Below are positions 1 to 13,929 of a stretch of DNA of 64,000 nt, piece after piece. Under the pieces are notes generated by a model, which saw only the letters and a program-made list of their open reading frames with translations, did not search any database and was not told the origin of the DNA. A program made the translations under genes and the position numbers. Numbering within the stretch: the stretch's first letter is position 1; each line of letters opens with the position of its first letter. Source of the stretch: Macrostomum lignano (taxonomy: Eukaryota); contig NIVC01002247.1 in assembly GCA_002269645.1 (NCBI GenBank), positions 1 through 64,000 on the forward strand. The letters run 5' to 3'.

Positions 1-534
1 TGGCCTTTTATTCTATTATCCCACCTCAGTTTACTCATCAAGCCATTCAACGTCAACCTGTTTTGCCTCAACACCTTTAGCTATGAATATTGCTTTGCAG
101 TGGGTGAAGAAATGAATGAGGCGTTGAGCACGGAGGTGGTTCAATCCCTGAGGTTATTTAGATGTTTGGTTAGTCAGGGAAGAGATTGATTTTAGCTTAG
201 TGCCTGGCGTATATATATATTTATACAATTATAACATACTGTATTATGTGCAGAAACTATTAGAAGAAAATGCAAAAAATATGCATACAGCTAATAATTA
301 AACGATGAAGAATACGCAGTTTATGTACAGAAATCTTTTGTTGAGAAAGTTGGAAGAAATGCGAAGAAAATTATTTTTGACTAGCATAGGAATAATTACT
401 ATTTATGGAAAGCGCTGACGTACGGAAACTTCTAGGCGCTGCTAAATATACCCAGATGCGACAATTTCATCCCCTTAATTCACCTTAGTTCTCTGAAACT
501 AGATTACTAACCACCTCATCACGCACGAACGCAG

Positions 535-3500
535 TGAAAGTGGGGGCCAACGTAACTACGAACGCATCGACTCTGATCGGCTTCAGCGACCGGCCACTTT
601 ACCAGGGCCCGTTTCCGTATGTAGCCAGCTCTGTGGAAGTCTGCGTGATCGCCACGGACAGCTACGGAGCCACAACCACGGCTTGCATAGCGACAGTATC
701 AGTGAGCGCCTTGAGGGTTGTTATAATGGAATTCAAAGGACCCCTGTTAGTCTAACGTGACGTAAAACTCAAAGATCGTATAACTTTTTTGGAGGCCAAT
801 TTCTATGAAAAAATACACTGTGGAGATATTTTTTAATCCCAAAATCAATGAAGGCAGGGCAGTGAAGATTACCATTTCTTTAATTTAGCATGTTACTCTG
901 TTATATTTTAATATACCTGTGTATTAAAAAAATTATTAAAAGAAAATATTTTGAAAATGAAATTTTCACTACACACCTATATACGATACAACAGAGTAAC
1001 ATGCTCTTCACTGCCCAGATGCAATGAAATCATTGATTATGTGATTTAAAACTTTTTTCTATCTGCGCCGTGTATTTTTCTAGGAAATTGGCCTCCAAAA
1101 AATACACAATCTTAGAGTTTTTTCGTCCTGTTATCAGATACAGTGGTCCTTGTGAAATATCTGTGCAGCAAAAGCAGTAACGCAATGTTTTTCAACTTCA
1201 GCTGTCAGAGCCGTCTGGCAGCTACTCGGCGAGCGAGCTGCAAAAAATTATCCGCGGCAGCTCCTCGATTTTGAAGACAGTTCACAAGGGCAACCTGAAG
1301 GAGACCAGCCAGTTGGTGCAGGGCCTGGCCGCGATGATTGTGTCGCTGAGTCGCAACAGCATCAGCAGTGAGTACCTGCAGTGATGCACCAGCGAGGTTC
1401 CCCAAATCACCTCAAGAGTGGGCAAAGCGAAAATAGAGTTGGATAACGTAGTTAATAGATCGGAGTCTTCGGAGTTTCAGGAACAGCTTTTGGGCTGTAG
1501 GACAGACCACTCTTTCACCAAGAAGCATTTAGGGTCGTTTATCTGGTGAAAGCAACAACAAGAAAAACAACAACAAGAACAACTGGATTGTTCTGCATTA
1601 AAAATGTGAATGATCGTCAAATTGCTAAACAATGAAATCGTTAGCCAATGTACCTATTTAGCAGCCGTCTCCGAGGCCCTAAAAACCCCGGGGTTTGGGC
1701 CACAGACACCAGCTGCTGCTGCATCAGTAAAGCGGCCGCGCCAGCCAGATTTCTACTAACGCTTGAAAGCTGCAGAAGCTACAGTCTATGGTCATAACCT
1801 GGGGTTTTTGCGCTGCGGCCAGAAAATCCTGAAGTGGAATGCATTGAATATATCGAATCTGTATAGGTGAAAGTACGAGGCAGAGATGAAAGCGCTCAGT
1901 AGACGCAGAATCAAAAACAATTGAAGCTGCGACTGAAAGTCTACCAAACGTATTTATTTTCATCAAAGTCTACCGACTACGGGCCTGCGTAACCTATGGA
2001 AACTAATGAATGACTGTGGGGAGTCACTTTTTAGCCCGCTCAGCAGCCATGCGACTCGGAACTAAATGATGGTCCAGTTGAATCAGAGAGCAGGGAGTAG
2101 AGAATCGACAAGCTATTTTTTAGAAAAGCGTTGGTTGACTGAGCAAAGTCAGTGGGATTCTGCTGGGATTCACTTATCCTGATTTGTTTTCCCGCTCCGC
2201 CCTGCTCTTCCCAGGCCTGACCGGATCCGAGTCAGTCACCACGGCAGGCAGCGGTTACGACGAGATCAGCCTCAACGGGATCACTGTAAGCTGCTGCGAA
2301 AGCATTCAATCGAGGGATAGCAAGCCACTCCCAGTTGACAAGCTGCTTAGGGCTTTTAGGATAAAAAATTGGACAGTTCCAGGAGTCGCGTGATTAAAAC
2401 ACCATGTGTGCCGCTCTACTGCTGGAATAGGCGTGGGTCCTCTAGGAGTCAGTGCTCGGGCCACCTCAAGATTGCATCCCTTGTGGGTTGGGTGACCCAA
2501 CTGCGAAGACGCCTTAATGGTTGACCAGCTGGCCTGCACAGGTCAGGTCCCCTAGCCACAGACGTCGCAGGACCACCGAGCCGGGCTCGCCAAGGGACAC
2601 ACCGGCCTTCTCTCTACGGCCTTCTAGGGAAAGCTGATACTGGATGGTGGTTGACACATGGACAGCTGAACAGGGCCCGCTACACTCGATCCAGTTTTTC
2701 GAGAAATTTCGAAGAAAATCGAGTGTAGTGTCCCTCTGCTGCAGTTTTCCATGGTTAAAAAATCAAAATAACTCGAGTCTTTGAATTGTTAAATAAGATT
2801 ACATACTATTCATAATTTTAGCTTGAAAAGGTAAAAGTCTGCAGTTTATGTTTATCGTATTTATTAATTAAGTTCGCTCCACATGAAACACCGATACACA
2901 TCACAGTTTGCTCGACAAGGTGCACCAGTTGATTTCGTTGAATGCCCTCAATTTTGCCTCCTTGCAATGAAGATCTTTATTTAAGTTGCGAAATTTTTAT
3001 ATTAATTTTTTATTCTATACGCTTGTATCTACCGTGACGGACATCTTTCTACTTAGAAATGGCATGCAAATTTGCTTCTGCTCTGCCAATGCTTGCAGAA
3101 ATCAAAAAACCAACCCATCGGAGGCGCTTACCGGGTAAGACCGGGCACTCGCGAAATCCGCTTTCATTGTCTTGTCTCGCTTCCCGAGCGCGCGCTTTTT
3201 ACCGTGATGTCTCTGCGCACTGCTGCATGCTGCGTTCGAATTCGACCCCACCTACTCCACCTTGGCTTATCCGGAATAATTGCCCTTCCGATTCGGATTT
3301 TCTCGGATTTACTCACACGATGGCAAACCGTGTGAAATTTTGCTACTGGTTACACATAGAGAGCATTTAAATGATTATCTATACCTTATTTTTACCCCTA
3401 AAATAGGCGCTCTGGTTGTTATTTTTTCCGCCGAAACCATCTGGAAATAAAATTTGACAATTTATGAACTCTTGGTAGCAATCGCCTCCTTTATCGGCAC

Positions 3501-6500
3501 CGCCAGCGGTTCGTCAGTTCTAATGGCATTGTCAGCTTTCAATTCACCTTCGCCTGCACTCGCAGCTGCGTTTGTCGGGACACTGCTTTGCTTTGATTGT
3601 TCAGTGCAGCTGTTCATGTGAAGTGTCGACCCTTTAATCTGCTTTTTTTAATTGAAAATTTCTGATCCATCATTTTTATTGCTTCTAATCTGCAAAATGA
3701 GGGTCCCAGCTTTGAGGCATCTTTCTCTTGCTAGAGTGGAGGGGGTTTGGGCTGCTGTCAGGAGCTCGAATCTCACATCGTAGAAGACACCAAACTTCAC
3801 AAACTCGTAACTTTGTAGTGTCACAAAGTGAAGTTTTGAATTAACGCAAGTGACTATTAGCAAGAAATTTATCGACTATGTGAAATTTCAATCCAGCGCG
3901 ACGTGAGTATTGAGTAACGCTTTTATTTAGAATGAATCCAGTCCAAAAATATGTTTGCTGTAAGACTGTCTTGCTGCAGCTTGCATCTCGCGCACTACAA
4001 AGACACATTATGCAAGCTTCACCCGCAAACACCCCGCGCAACAATCCTAGAAACTGAAGTCGTTGTCCAGAAGGAGAAAGACGCCTACGAACGCAGCAGA
4101 GACGAACGCGCACAGGTCCTGGCTATGCTGTCTGAGACCTTCGCCACCATGACCTGCGCTAACTACGAGCAGATTCGTCTAGTCTCAAATACGATACAGG
4201 TGGTGAGCACAGACGCTGACGACCTCTCCAGGACGACACAGGTGAGCGCTGTTACCGTTCAGATACCTATGCTATGCCTGAATACTGAAGTAAAATACAA
4301 ATGAGCCACAGTCAATGCAAACCACAAACATTGTAGATAAACTGCAAGAACAAACTCGTGGAGGTGGCCGATGCGGTAGTAGGCCTCAGCGGCTCTCTAT
4401 CCAAGGAGCGCCTGACTGAACTTTCGATGCCCGTGTTGGCCACTTTGTCGCAAATAATTACAGTGAGTCACGTACCCGCCCTTTACAGGGAGACTCGAAT
4501 CCTTATCTTTTTCACTTGCAATTGATAATTCGAACAATACAAAATGCTATCCTATCAATCACTAACCCGCACAACACCAGGCCTCAAACGTGCACGTGTC
4601 GCATGGAACCCTGACTGATAAGCGCTCGTCCATGGCTACCCCGTTTGGAGACTACGACACCGACTGGGAGTCAAGTCGCGACGGCTTCGCCAACAAACCC
4701 TTGAGTCAGGCCAGCAGCGCATTCGTGGATGAGACAAACGGCGTTGTGCAGACCCAGGTTTCGACCGAGGTCACCTCTAGCTGTATGTCCTCGATCACCA
4801 AGCTGACAAAGTCGATGACTTCTAAACTAGTGATGAATGACAAGCCAATGAACATAAAATCGTCCCAGCTCAGTCTGGTGCTGCAAAAGTCCGAGCCCGC
4901 CAGCCTGAGCGGTAGCCTGGTGCGCACGGGTCGTTCCAGGGTCACTCTCCCAACAAACATGTGCAGCGTTACCGGCGGTCCGGAGGGTCGCTGCACCGGA
5001 GCACGCAGCTCTGTCAGCCTGACTGCCATGGCAACTCCGACTAATCCATACGTCAGCGCCGCCACCAACAACGGCGATTGCAGCGTGTCGACCACTTCGG
5101 AGGTTGTGACGCTGAACCTGTCGGATGAAAACGGCACCGAAATTTCCGTAACTGACACGGGAAGCAGCTTCTTCGACATTTTTCTGCGCAAAGATCCAAC
5201 GTTCGAGGAGCCGAATTACATAGATCCCAATCCGATGCAGCCGATACCTCGCATTCCCGAGGGGATAGAAATCCCAGGTACCGCTGATGGGCCGTTCGGC
5301 AAGAATCGCATTGCTGAGCAGAAGCTGATCCTGCACGAGTTCCAGCTGACCGGCTCTGACCAGTCCGTGCACTTCCAGCTGCGGTTCGAGAACTTCACAC
5401 TTGGCGTCACTCCTTGTCGGCAGTTTCTTGTGGTTGGCCGTCTCTGGAAGCCGCCATCGCTGACAGACGCAAGCGAGGGCTTTGATTGGTGGGGCATGAT
5501 CCCCTCCCACACGCGCTTCTGCAACGAGACGCCTGAACCAAACGACCCGGACCCTTTCACCTTCTTTGTGACCAATGCCGAGTACAAGGAAGCCAAAGCT
5601 CGTGTAAAAAAATCGGCATCCGACTGGGATCGAAGTATCGACAAGCTCAAGTTCGGTGTCAGGGAGATGTCTCAGGCGGAGTGGAACCGCTACGGTCCGC
5701 TCACTCGGCCTTCGATTCCTTATGAGTACACCAACCAGTTCAGCATCAAGTATACCGTGCGCATCTTCTCCGCCAGCTGCTACGCAATTAAGCCAGGCCA
5801 GCCCTCCTGGAATACCGGAGGTTGCACGGTCGGACCGCTCACAACGGTTCGCGTCACGCACTGCCAGTGCACTCACTTGACCTCGTTCGCTGGCGGCTGG
5901 GTTGAATCGCCCAACACTATCGATTGGAACTACGTGTTTTCAAACTTTGATTTCACCAAGAATCCGACTCTGTTTGTCACGGAGATCGTCATCGCTGTAA
6001 TCTTCATTGCCGTTTTTGTTTGGGCGCGTCGATCCGACAAAAAGGATCTGGAAAAGGTAAGAATGGGTTAAGCCTAAATACATGTAAGACAAAAAAGGAG
6101 CACAAAAAGGGGATGTGCGGAAACAACCCGAGCAAAAGCTCGAATCAAAAGTATTGTACTCGTATATTTAGCGTAACGAATGCAAACAGCGATGCAAGAA
6201 AAATGGGAAAAATTGTAGCTAAACATTTTTGATCTCACGCACTCAGCCAAGTTGACACTGGCAGGGCAGAGCAGGGCAGAGCAGGGTTTAAAACTGGTTA
6301 GTGACTATTAAAAACCAGTCGCAAACCATCGCATGTTTTATTTGTAGCTAGGAGTGGCGCCTCTTCCGGACAACAACCCGGACCACAAGTACCTGTACGA
6401 GATAGTCGTCAGCACCGGCATGCGCCGGGGCGCCGGCACCGACTCCAAGGTGTTTTTCATCCTTAGCGGCGAACGTGACGAGACCGACACGCGACACTTG

Positions 6501-9500
6501 ATGGACAGAAGCAGAAAAGTGTTGCAGCGCGGATGTGTTGACCGGTTCCTGCTCGCCGTGGAGAGGTGCGTAGACGGGCCTCCTGCTTAATTTACGCACT
6601 TTAGTAGCCAAACCCATTCAAACCTATTTTTATCTATATCCTCCACAGACCTCTTGGATCGCTTAACTTTCTCCGTTTGTGGCACGACAATAGCGGCGAA
6701 GGCTCCGCCGCCTCTTGGTACTGCAACTACGTGTCTATTATTGACTTGCAGACGAGGCGGCGATACCACTTTGTAGTCAACCGGTGGATGGCGGTCGAAG
6801 AAGACGACGGAGCGGTGGACCGGGTCGTACCGGTAGCGGGCAACCAGGAACTGGGTGATTTCAGCTATTTGTTCTCGATGGACACAAAGAAGCGACTGAC
6901 TGACGGTCATCTGTGGCTGTCTGTCATGGCCAGACCGCCGGAGTCCCGGTTCACGAGGGTTGAGCGCGTGGCGTGCTGCCTGATGCTCCTGTTCCTGTCC
7001 ATGGTGACGACCTGCATGTTCTACCAGAGGGAGGGCCCGTCAAAGCCGGCTGCTAGTGACGGTCTCACAATCGGACCGTTTCTACTGACACCTAGAATGA
7101 TATACGTGGGTGTCGTGACCAATCTGATCTCGTTCCTGCCGCTCTTTGTTGTCATGGAACTGTTCCGTCGGTCGAAACTTCGAGTTGGTTACATCAATCA
7201 GCTGAAGAAGGCCATCAACGACCACTTCGACGGGGCTGACTGGGGCAAGGAATCGCAGCAGGGCGACAGAGCCAAGTACGCCGAGAGTCCGGCAGCAGCC
7301 GTGAATCCTCCGGCGTCAGTTCGGCAAGTGGACGTCGAGGAGAAAAAATTACCGAAGCAAGTTCGCTTTCCGTGGTGGGTGCGCATTATTGCGTGGTCAA
7401 TTCTGGTGATAGGAACGGCGGTCTCCGCTTTGTTCACCACCTTCTATGGCATCCAGTTTGGGGATGAAACTTGCAAGAAGTGGATCTCCTCGCTTTTCAT
7501 CTCGTTTTTCTCTTCCGTGATGTTGTCGCAGCCGCTCAAAGTGCTTATGATGGCAGCTTTTATGGCCTTGCTGTGCAAGAAGAACTCTGTAGACGAGGAG
7601 GAGTTTTTGGACGATGAGGAGGAGGTGCTGAATGAGCTGGGCCAACGAAACGGGCTGCAAATGGACGAGGAGTGGCTTCACGAAGACGATTTGGAGGGAC
7701 AGAGAGGCCAGTGCAGGTCTGGAATCCAGCCGCCATCGGGAGAGTTGCTGGAACGCGCCCGGGAGCGACGCTTGAAGGAGAAGAAAATGTTCGACATTCT
7801 TCGCGAAATCAGCTTTTACATGCTCTTTTATTTCTTGCTGCTTTTCGTCACCTTCGCCTTCCGCGATCCGAACGCTTACGTTCTGAAGGAGCAGATGGAG
7901 AGACTGCTTCTGCCCGACTTGGGAATGACCAGTGGCGAGGGCATCCCCGGCATCTCCACCGAGGAAGAGTTCTGGAACTGGATGCAGACCAAATTCATGC
8001 CAGGAATCCGGGCCGGGCCGTGGTACAACAACGATCCACCGCTGCTGCAGCGCGGCTTTACCGGGGACCGCGTTGCCCGGCTGGTCGGCTACGCCATCAT
8101 GCGGCAGAAGCGAGTCCGCATGGACACCTGCTCGGTGCTGCCCAGCGTACGCTATCTAGTTGGTCACTGCGTCGAGAGCTACAGCTTCTCGGCCGAAGAG
8201 AAGAGTGATTTCAGTCCCAAGTGGCAAGCTTACGATCCGAACAAGACCTCATCGAAGCCGCAATACGAGGCTTTCAAATTCACCAGCGGCTCAGCGCTAA
8301 AGAACTTGGGGCCCTACATGGCTCGGCAGTACACCTATGCCTCTGGCGGCTACGTGTTTCAGTTCCGGGGCTCGCTTAGCGCCATGCAGGCTAACATAAA
8401 CGAGCTGAAGACACTGCAGTGGCTGGACAGGCAAACACGGGCCGTGTTCATTGACCTGGCCTTCTACAACCCCAACGTGAACCTGTTCGGCATCGGGACC
8501 ATCGTATTTGAGCTCTCGGGCACTGGCGGAATGGTTGGAATCTACCGGTTCCAAGCAGCTAACTTGCTCAGCTTCCTGGGTTCAGGCGTGAAGTCGTTCG
8601 AGATAGCCTGCCAGGTGCTTTTCTGCCTCATGCTACTTGGAATGATTATCAAGGAGCTGCGCAACATCTACAAGCAGCGCAAGGCCTACTTCTGGAGCAT
8701 ATGGAATATTGCTGAACTATTTATCCTATTCGGCAGCGTGCTCAGCATTGCCGCCTATGCTTACGTGATTTACGAGACTTCGAAACTGACGGAAGAGTTC
8801 AGCAAGTATGGTGGCAACGTCTATCTGAACTTCCAGTACGTGGCCTTCTGGAATGAGTACCTGACGTACTTCACCGCATTTATCGTGTTTGTGTCCACGC
8901 TAAAGTTCATCCGGCTGCTCCGCTTCAACAAGCGCATGGGCATGATGGGCGACGTTGTGCGCATTGCCGCCAAGGACATCCGCCAATTCTTCATCATGTT
9001 CTTCATCATGTTCTGCGCCTTTGTGCAGACTTTCCATCTCATCTTCTTGCAGCGTCTGTACGGCTACAGCACCTTCCTGTACACCATGGAGCAGCTGATG
9101 CAGATCGCGCTGGGCAAGTTCAAATTCCTCGAGCTGTACGAGTCCGAGCCGATCTTGGGACCTCTGATTTTCGCCATGTACGCCATCTTCGTCATCTTCA
9201 TCTTGCTGAATATGTTCGTCTCTATCCTGAACGAGGCCTTTGCCAAGGTTAAAGACGACGTTGAGAAGCAGGAGAATGAGCACGAGATGGTCGACTTTAT
9301 GGTGCAAAAGTGAGTAAAGTTTTTGCCTAGCGACCAAAATTCTTATATTTGAGTGCATCAGTTAGTTTTTAGGGGGTTGTGGCTGCTTCTAGTCTGGGAC
9401 AGTTGTGCCACAGACAGCCTGGCATGCCCGTTGTGCCGACTCTAGACACAAATGACCCGCAAGGTGGTGCAAATCTTGGCCTCTGCTTTTCATTGTCAGG

Positions 9501-11492
9501 CCAGTGCAAATACCCTGTATAAGCCATTCTAGCCCCAGTCTGTATGCGGAAACATTTGCCTCAGGATTGTAGGCAGTGCGTTGTAGAAGAAATTTCATTC
9601 GCAATTCACTGGCTCCGACTTTACTTAACCGTTTCTAAGTGCGATTCCTGGTGAATTTACTCTTTTTAACAGTCCCCACTCAGTTGCTAAAATAAACTTC
9701 CTTTGACGCATGCAAAAGGCTCCGCTTGCGTGAGCAGCTGAACCTGTACCTTTACCAGTGTCTTCCCAGTGCTGGCTTCCCTGATGAGACATGCGGAGAC
9801 AGCATGAGGTGGGGCAAAAGATTCAGGCGGGGTGTCGCGGAGGGCCCCTATTGTTCCTTGCGGAGTGCCGCCATCGTGGTGGGACTCAAAACTGAGACGC
9901 TGCTCCCCAGCCCAGGCAAAAAAGAAATGGAGACAAGCTGCCTGCCCACACAGGGAACCTGTGAGGGTCCAAGTTGCCCCCGCAGCTGCTTCTGACTTTG
10001 TAGCCTTACAATTTGCCTGCACTAGGCTTCAAGTGAAGCGACAAGTTACAACGCAAGGACACTTTAAAGCTAATAGCTAATGCAGCTAGGCTGCCTGTTG
10101 GCCGGCTTTTAATAGAAAAGCAACTGTTCCCAGTAGGCAATTAAAAATTGTTGCTATGCTCCGCTGCGGCGGAATTGGCTATTTTAAAGAGTACTAGTCG
10201 GCCTCTTTTACTTGCAGAAAATTTTTACAAAAATGCTTCTATCTAGTTCACCTGAGGGATAGTTCCCCTGAGGAGTAGCTCACCTGAGGGGTAGTCCACC
10301 TGAGGGATAGTTTACATGAGGGGTAGTTTAACTGAGGGGTACTTTACATGTGGGATAATTCACCTGAGGGGTAGTTCACCTGAGGGGTAGTTCACCTGAG
10401 GAGTAGTTCACCTGAGGAGTAGTTCACCTAAAGGGTAGTTCACCTGAGGGGTAGTTCACCTGAGGGGTAGTTCACCTAAGGGGTAGTTCACCTGAGGGGT
10501 AGTTCACCTGAGGGGTAGTTCACCTAAGGGGTAGTTCACCTAAGGGGTAGTTCACCATGAGGGGTAGTTTAACTGAGGGGTAGTTTACATGAGGGTAGTT
10601 TTCCAAGGGGTAGTTCATCTGAGGGGTAGTTTACCTGAGGGGTAGTTTTCCAAGGGTAGTTCATCTGAGGGGTAGTTCACCTGAGGGGTAGTTTACATGA
10701 GGGGTAGTTTACATGAGGGGTAGTTTTCCAAGGGGTAGTTCATCTGAGGGTAGTTCACCTGAGGGGTAGTTTACCTGAGGGATAGTTCACCTGAGGGATA
10801 GTTCCCCTGAGGAGTAGCTCACCTGAGGGGTAGTTCACCTGAGGGATAGTTTACATGAGGGGTAGTTCACCTGAGGGGTAGTTCACCTGAGGGATAGTTC
10901 ACCTGAGGGATAATTCACCTGAGGGGTAGTTTACCTGAGGGGTAGTTCACCTGAGGGATAGTTTACATGAGGGGTAGTTCACCTGAGGGGTAGTTCACCT
11001 GAGGGGTAGTTCACCTGAGGGATAATTCACCTGAGGGGTAGTTTACCTGAGGGGTAGTTCACCTGAGGGGTAGTTCACCTGAGGGATAATTCACCTGAGG
11101 GGTAGTTTACCTGAGGGGTAGTTCACCTGAGGGGTACTTTACATGTGGGGTAGTTCACCTGAGGGGTAGTTTTGAGCACAGTGATGGAGAATCAGTGAAA
11201 AATCATTCCAATGGAGTTTGCCTCCGCTTGTCTCCGCAGGGCCATGATGTTTGTCGGCCTGGGCCAGAGCCGGGCCGCCAGGGCCTACTTCGGTCACAAC
11301 CTGGCCAGCACCGACTACCGCAACCAGAGCCTGGACGAGCAGCTCAACGTCACCCTGCCGAGCCGCGTGGACAAACTGCTGGCCTTCATCAACAAGACCT
11401 ACCTGCGCGGCGGTCCCAAGGCGAAGCCCTACAAAGTCGAAGCGCCGGAGCTGGAGGAGCCGCAGCAGAAGGTGAAGGTCGCAGCCGAGTGA
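535..11492 (+). CDS. PKD1-like (polycystin-1 family, PKD1L/PKDREJ-type) protein, 3' portion; 5' end lies left of the window
   Basis: Phase-consistent exons: 535-701, 1202-1367, 2215-2285, 4071-4241 (acceptor least certain), 4337-4462, 4581-6056, 6348-6565, 6649-9309, 11240-11492 (TGA). Motifs: REJ-like VCVIATDSYGA; GPS WNTGGC...CQCTHL|TSFAG; TM1; PLAT (YEIVVSTGMRRGAGTDSKV...LRLWHDNSG...SWY); FTRVERVACC; polycystin channel (WLDRQTRAVF...YNPNVNLF, KFIRLLRFNKRM, LGPLIF, LLNMFVSIL). Confidence 0.93.
758..1128. mobile_element. Foldback/MITE-like palindromic element in PKD1-like intron
   Basis: Left arm aaaactcaaagatcgtataacttttttggaggccaatttc...aaaatacac matches the reverse complement of the right arm gtgtatttttctaggaaattggcctccaaaaaatacacaatcttagagtttt. 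Inner arms gggcagtgaag/cttcactgccc and agcatgttactctgtt/aacagagtaacatgct also pair. Confidence 0.7.
10245..11170. repeat. 16-bp minisatellite (cacctgaggggtagtt), ~55 copies, last PKD1-like intron
   Basis: Directly visible tandem unit with variants (tttacatgagg, gataatt). Confidence 0.95.
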
Positions 11493-12574
11493 GAAACCGG
11501 AGGCCTCTTCAAAGCCGATTAGGAAAACAGCAGATTCCGTGATATTTTCTGCCATATCTGAACTCTAGAATACCCTCCAATTGCAAATCAAATCATATCC
11601 ACGCCAAAAATCAAATTCGCGCCTTTTCCTTAAAAGCTTTTTTGAACAAAGTTGGTAACGCCGCAAGGAATTTTAATCAATTTCAATGTAGATTTACGAG
11701 CTATATGAAATAATGTATAAAAGCATATTTATACACCTATAACCTTCTGGATAGCAAATCTACTCTCTTTTTTGTTGCTTGAACAAACTACTGAAACTCG
11801 AGAATAATTCTAACTCGCAATCGCTATTTACTACTTATGAGAATTTTACTGTCGTTTTCTATCCTAAATCCACAATTACCAATCGTTAAAAAATATAAAT
11901 AAAAATATAATCTCAATAATTTTGGTTTTCTTCTCTGTCCTCTACTGTCTGTCCTTTAACAAGTAGTATGAAAAGCATATATTTTGTTATTTTTCTGGGC
12001 TTTTGCAGACGAAACCGATAACTCTATTTATTTAAAATACAAGTCTGTAGCAGCCATGCTGTCTCTGCATTCAAAAACGCTTGTCGCTTCTGTTATTTTC
12101 AACAAAATAATATCTAATACTATATTTACTCAGATAATTATAAATAAAAATATTTTTGAGCACCGCTACGCGATCCGCTTCTGCTTAAACAAAAACATTT
12201 CGGGACGAAAAACCGGAGCCGGCCTGCCTGTTTACTGCGCAGCTTTAAAAACACCGGCGGAGAGGGGGCGCCCGGTGGGCCGTGGAGGCTTAAGCAAAGT
12301 GTCTGGAGTGGCCCCAAACCCCTCACTGTCAGGCATTCTGAAGCCAGCAGTGAGCAGTATGTTCAGTGTACTCATAGGGATTTTAATAAAAGTTTTGAAA
12401 GCAGTTCTTTACATATTTTTGTTTAACTTGAAGTCGTAGTTGTGCGCGGACATGTCCCCCCCAGTAAAAGCTATGGAGGGACACGCCAATGCTTTGTCCC
12501 CCCCCCACCCCCCGTGTGACCCGTTATGGAAATAAAAAATTTTGCTTCACGGCGACAAAACATAGCGCCTGCGC

Positions 12575-13295
12575 GGCGCCAAAATGAGTGACTGCGGCGC
12601 TAAAATGAGTGACTGCGGCGCTAAAATAAGTGTATGGGCGCCGAAATTAGTGTCTGTGGAGCTAAAATGAGTGACTGTAGCGCTAAAATGAGTGACTGCG
12701 GCGCTAAAATAAGTGACTGCGGCGCTAAAATGAGTGACTGCGGCGCTAAAATAAGTGACTGCGGCGCTAAAATGAGTGACTGCGGCGCTAAAATAAGTGA
12801 CTGGGCGCCGAAGTTAGTGTCTGTGGCGCTAAAATAAGTGACTGCGGCGCTAAAATAAGTGACTGGGCGCCGAAATTAGTGTCTGTGGCGCTAAAATAAG
12901 TGACTGCGGCGCTAAAATGAGTGACTGCGGCGCTAAAATAAGTGACTGCGGCGCTAAAATAAGTGACTGCGGCGCTAAAATAAGTGACTGGGCGCCGAAA
13001 TTAGTGTCTGTGGCGCTAAAATGAGTGACTGCGGCGCTAAAATAAGTGACTGGGCGCCGAAATTAGTGTCTGTGGCGCTAAAATAAGTGACTGCGGCGCT
13101 AAAATGAGTGACTGCGGCGCTAAAATAAGTGACTGGGCGCCGAAATTAGTGTCTGCGGCGCTAAAATAAGTGACTGCGGCGCTAAAATGAGTGACTGCGG
13201 CGCTAAAATAAGTGACTGGGCGCCGAAATTAGTGTCTGCGGCGCCAAAATGAGTGCCTATTGCGCTAAAATGAGTTGCCTACGGCGCCAAAATGA
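12575..13295. repeat. 20-21-bp minisatellite (gcggcgctaaaat[ag]agtgact, variant gggcgccgaaattagtgtct)
   Basis: Directly visible tandem array of ~34 units; the motif gctttgtcccccccccacc occurs on both sides (~12491, ~13371). Confidence 0.93.
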
Positions 13296-13929
13296 GTGAT
13301 GACAACACCGATTCTCAAAATAATGTACATGTAAGAATTTAGTTCAGTACATGTGCATGTAGAATTCCTGGCTTTGTCCCCCCCCCACCACAAAATCCAT
13401 GGCGGCGCCCCTTGAAATTTTTTTCAAAAAATTTTCAGTCTGGAAAAAAAACCGGCAATCCAAGTTTCATTTCTTTGGTGTCCTTGGCCGGGCCTGAATG
13501 CGCACAACTCACAAAGGCATCACAAAAGCAGACCTCAACAATGTCTGAGGTCACCTGAGGTGAGGCGCGGAAAGCTGTTGACAGGCAGGGAGTGGGGGAG
13601 GGCGGGTAGACCTGCTGCCGCTGAAGGCTGAGTGAGGAGGAGTTCTTGTCAAATTTTTGTTTACTTGAGCTGCACAATGGCGGCGCCCCTGCCTACTTAA
13701 AGAGGCAGCCGGCCCTTTGCCTGCCCAGGTCAAGTGTTAGAGAACTGCTGCTGTTATCTCTGTGAACTGGGCCTCAGCAACTTTATTATCGATTTAAATA
13801 TTCGCCCACTACCTCAGTCCTTTTTCAAGCCTGAGAACTCGACATGACCAGTGAGTCAAAATTTTAATTGGTGTAAATTTCTCGTATTTTCTATTGAAAT
13901 TGTGCAGCCTTTCCGATGAGACAGATCCT

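Noticed and set aside
2390-2640. Possible retroelement 5' remnant and small hairpin (2680-2728)
   Set aside because: Only vague resemblance; no coding motif or TSD to support it.
3480-3960. Coding-looking minus-strand fragments in a polycystin intron
   Set aside because: Short, in different frames, no recognisable domain or consistent splice chain.
4827-5876. 349-aa minus-strand ORF
   Set aside because: Antisense to the well-supported polycystin GAIN/GPS exon; typical GC3 shadow.
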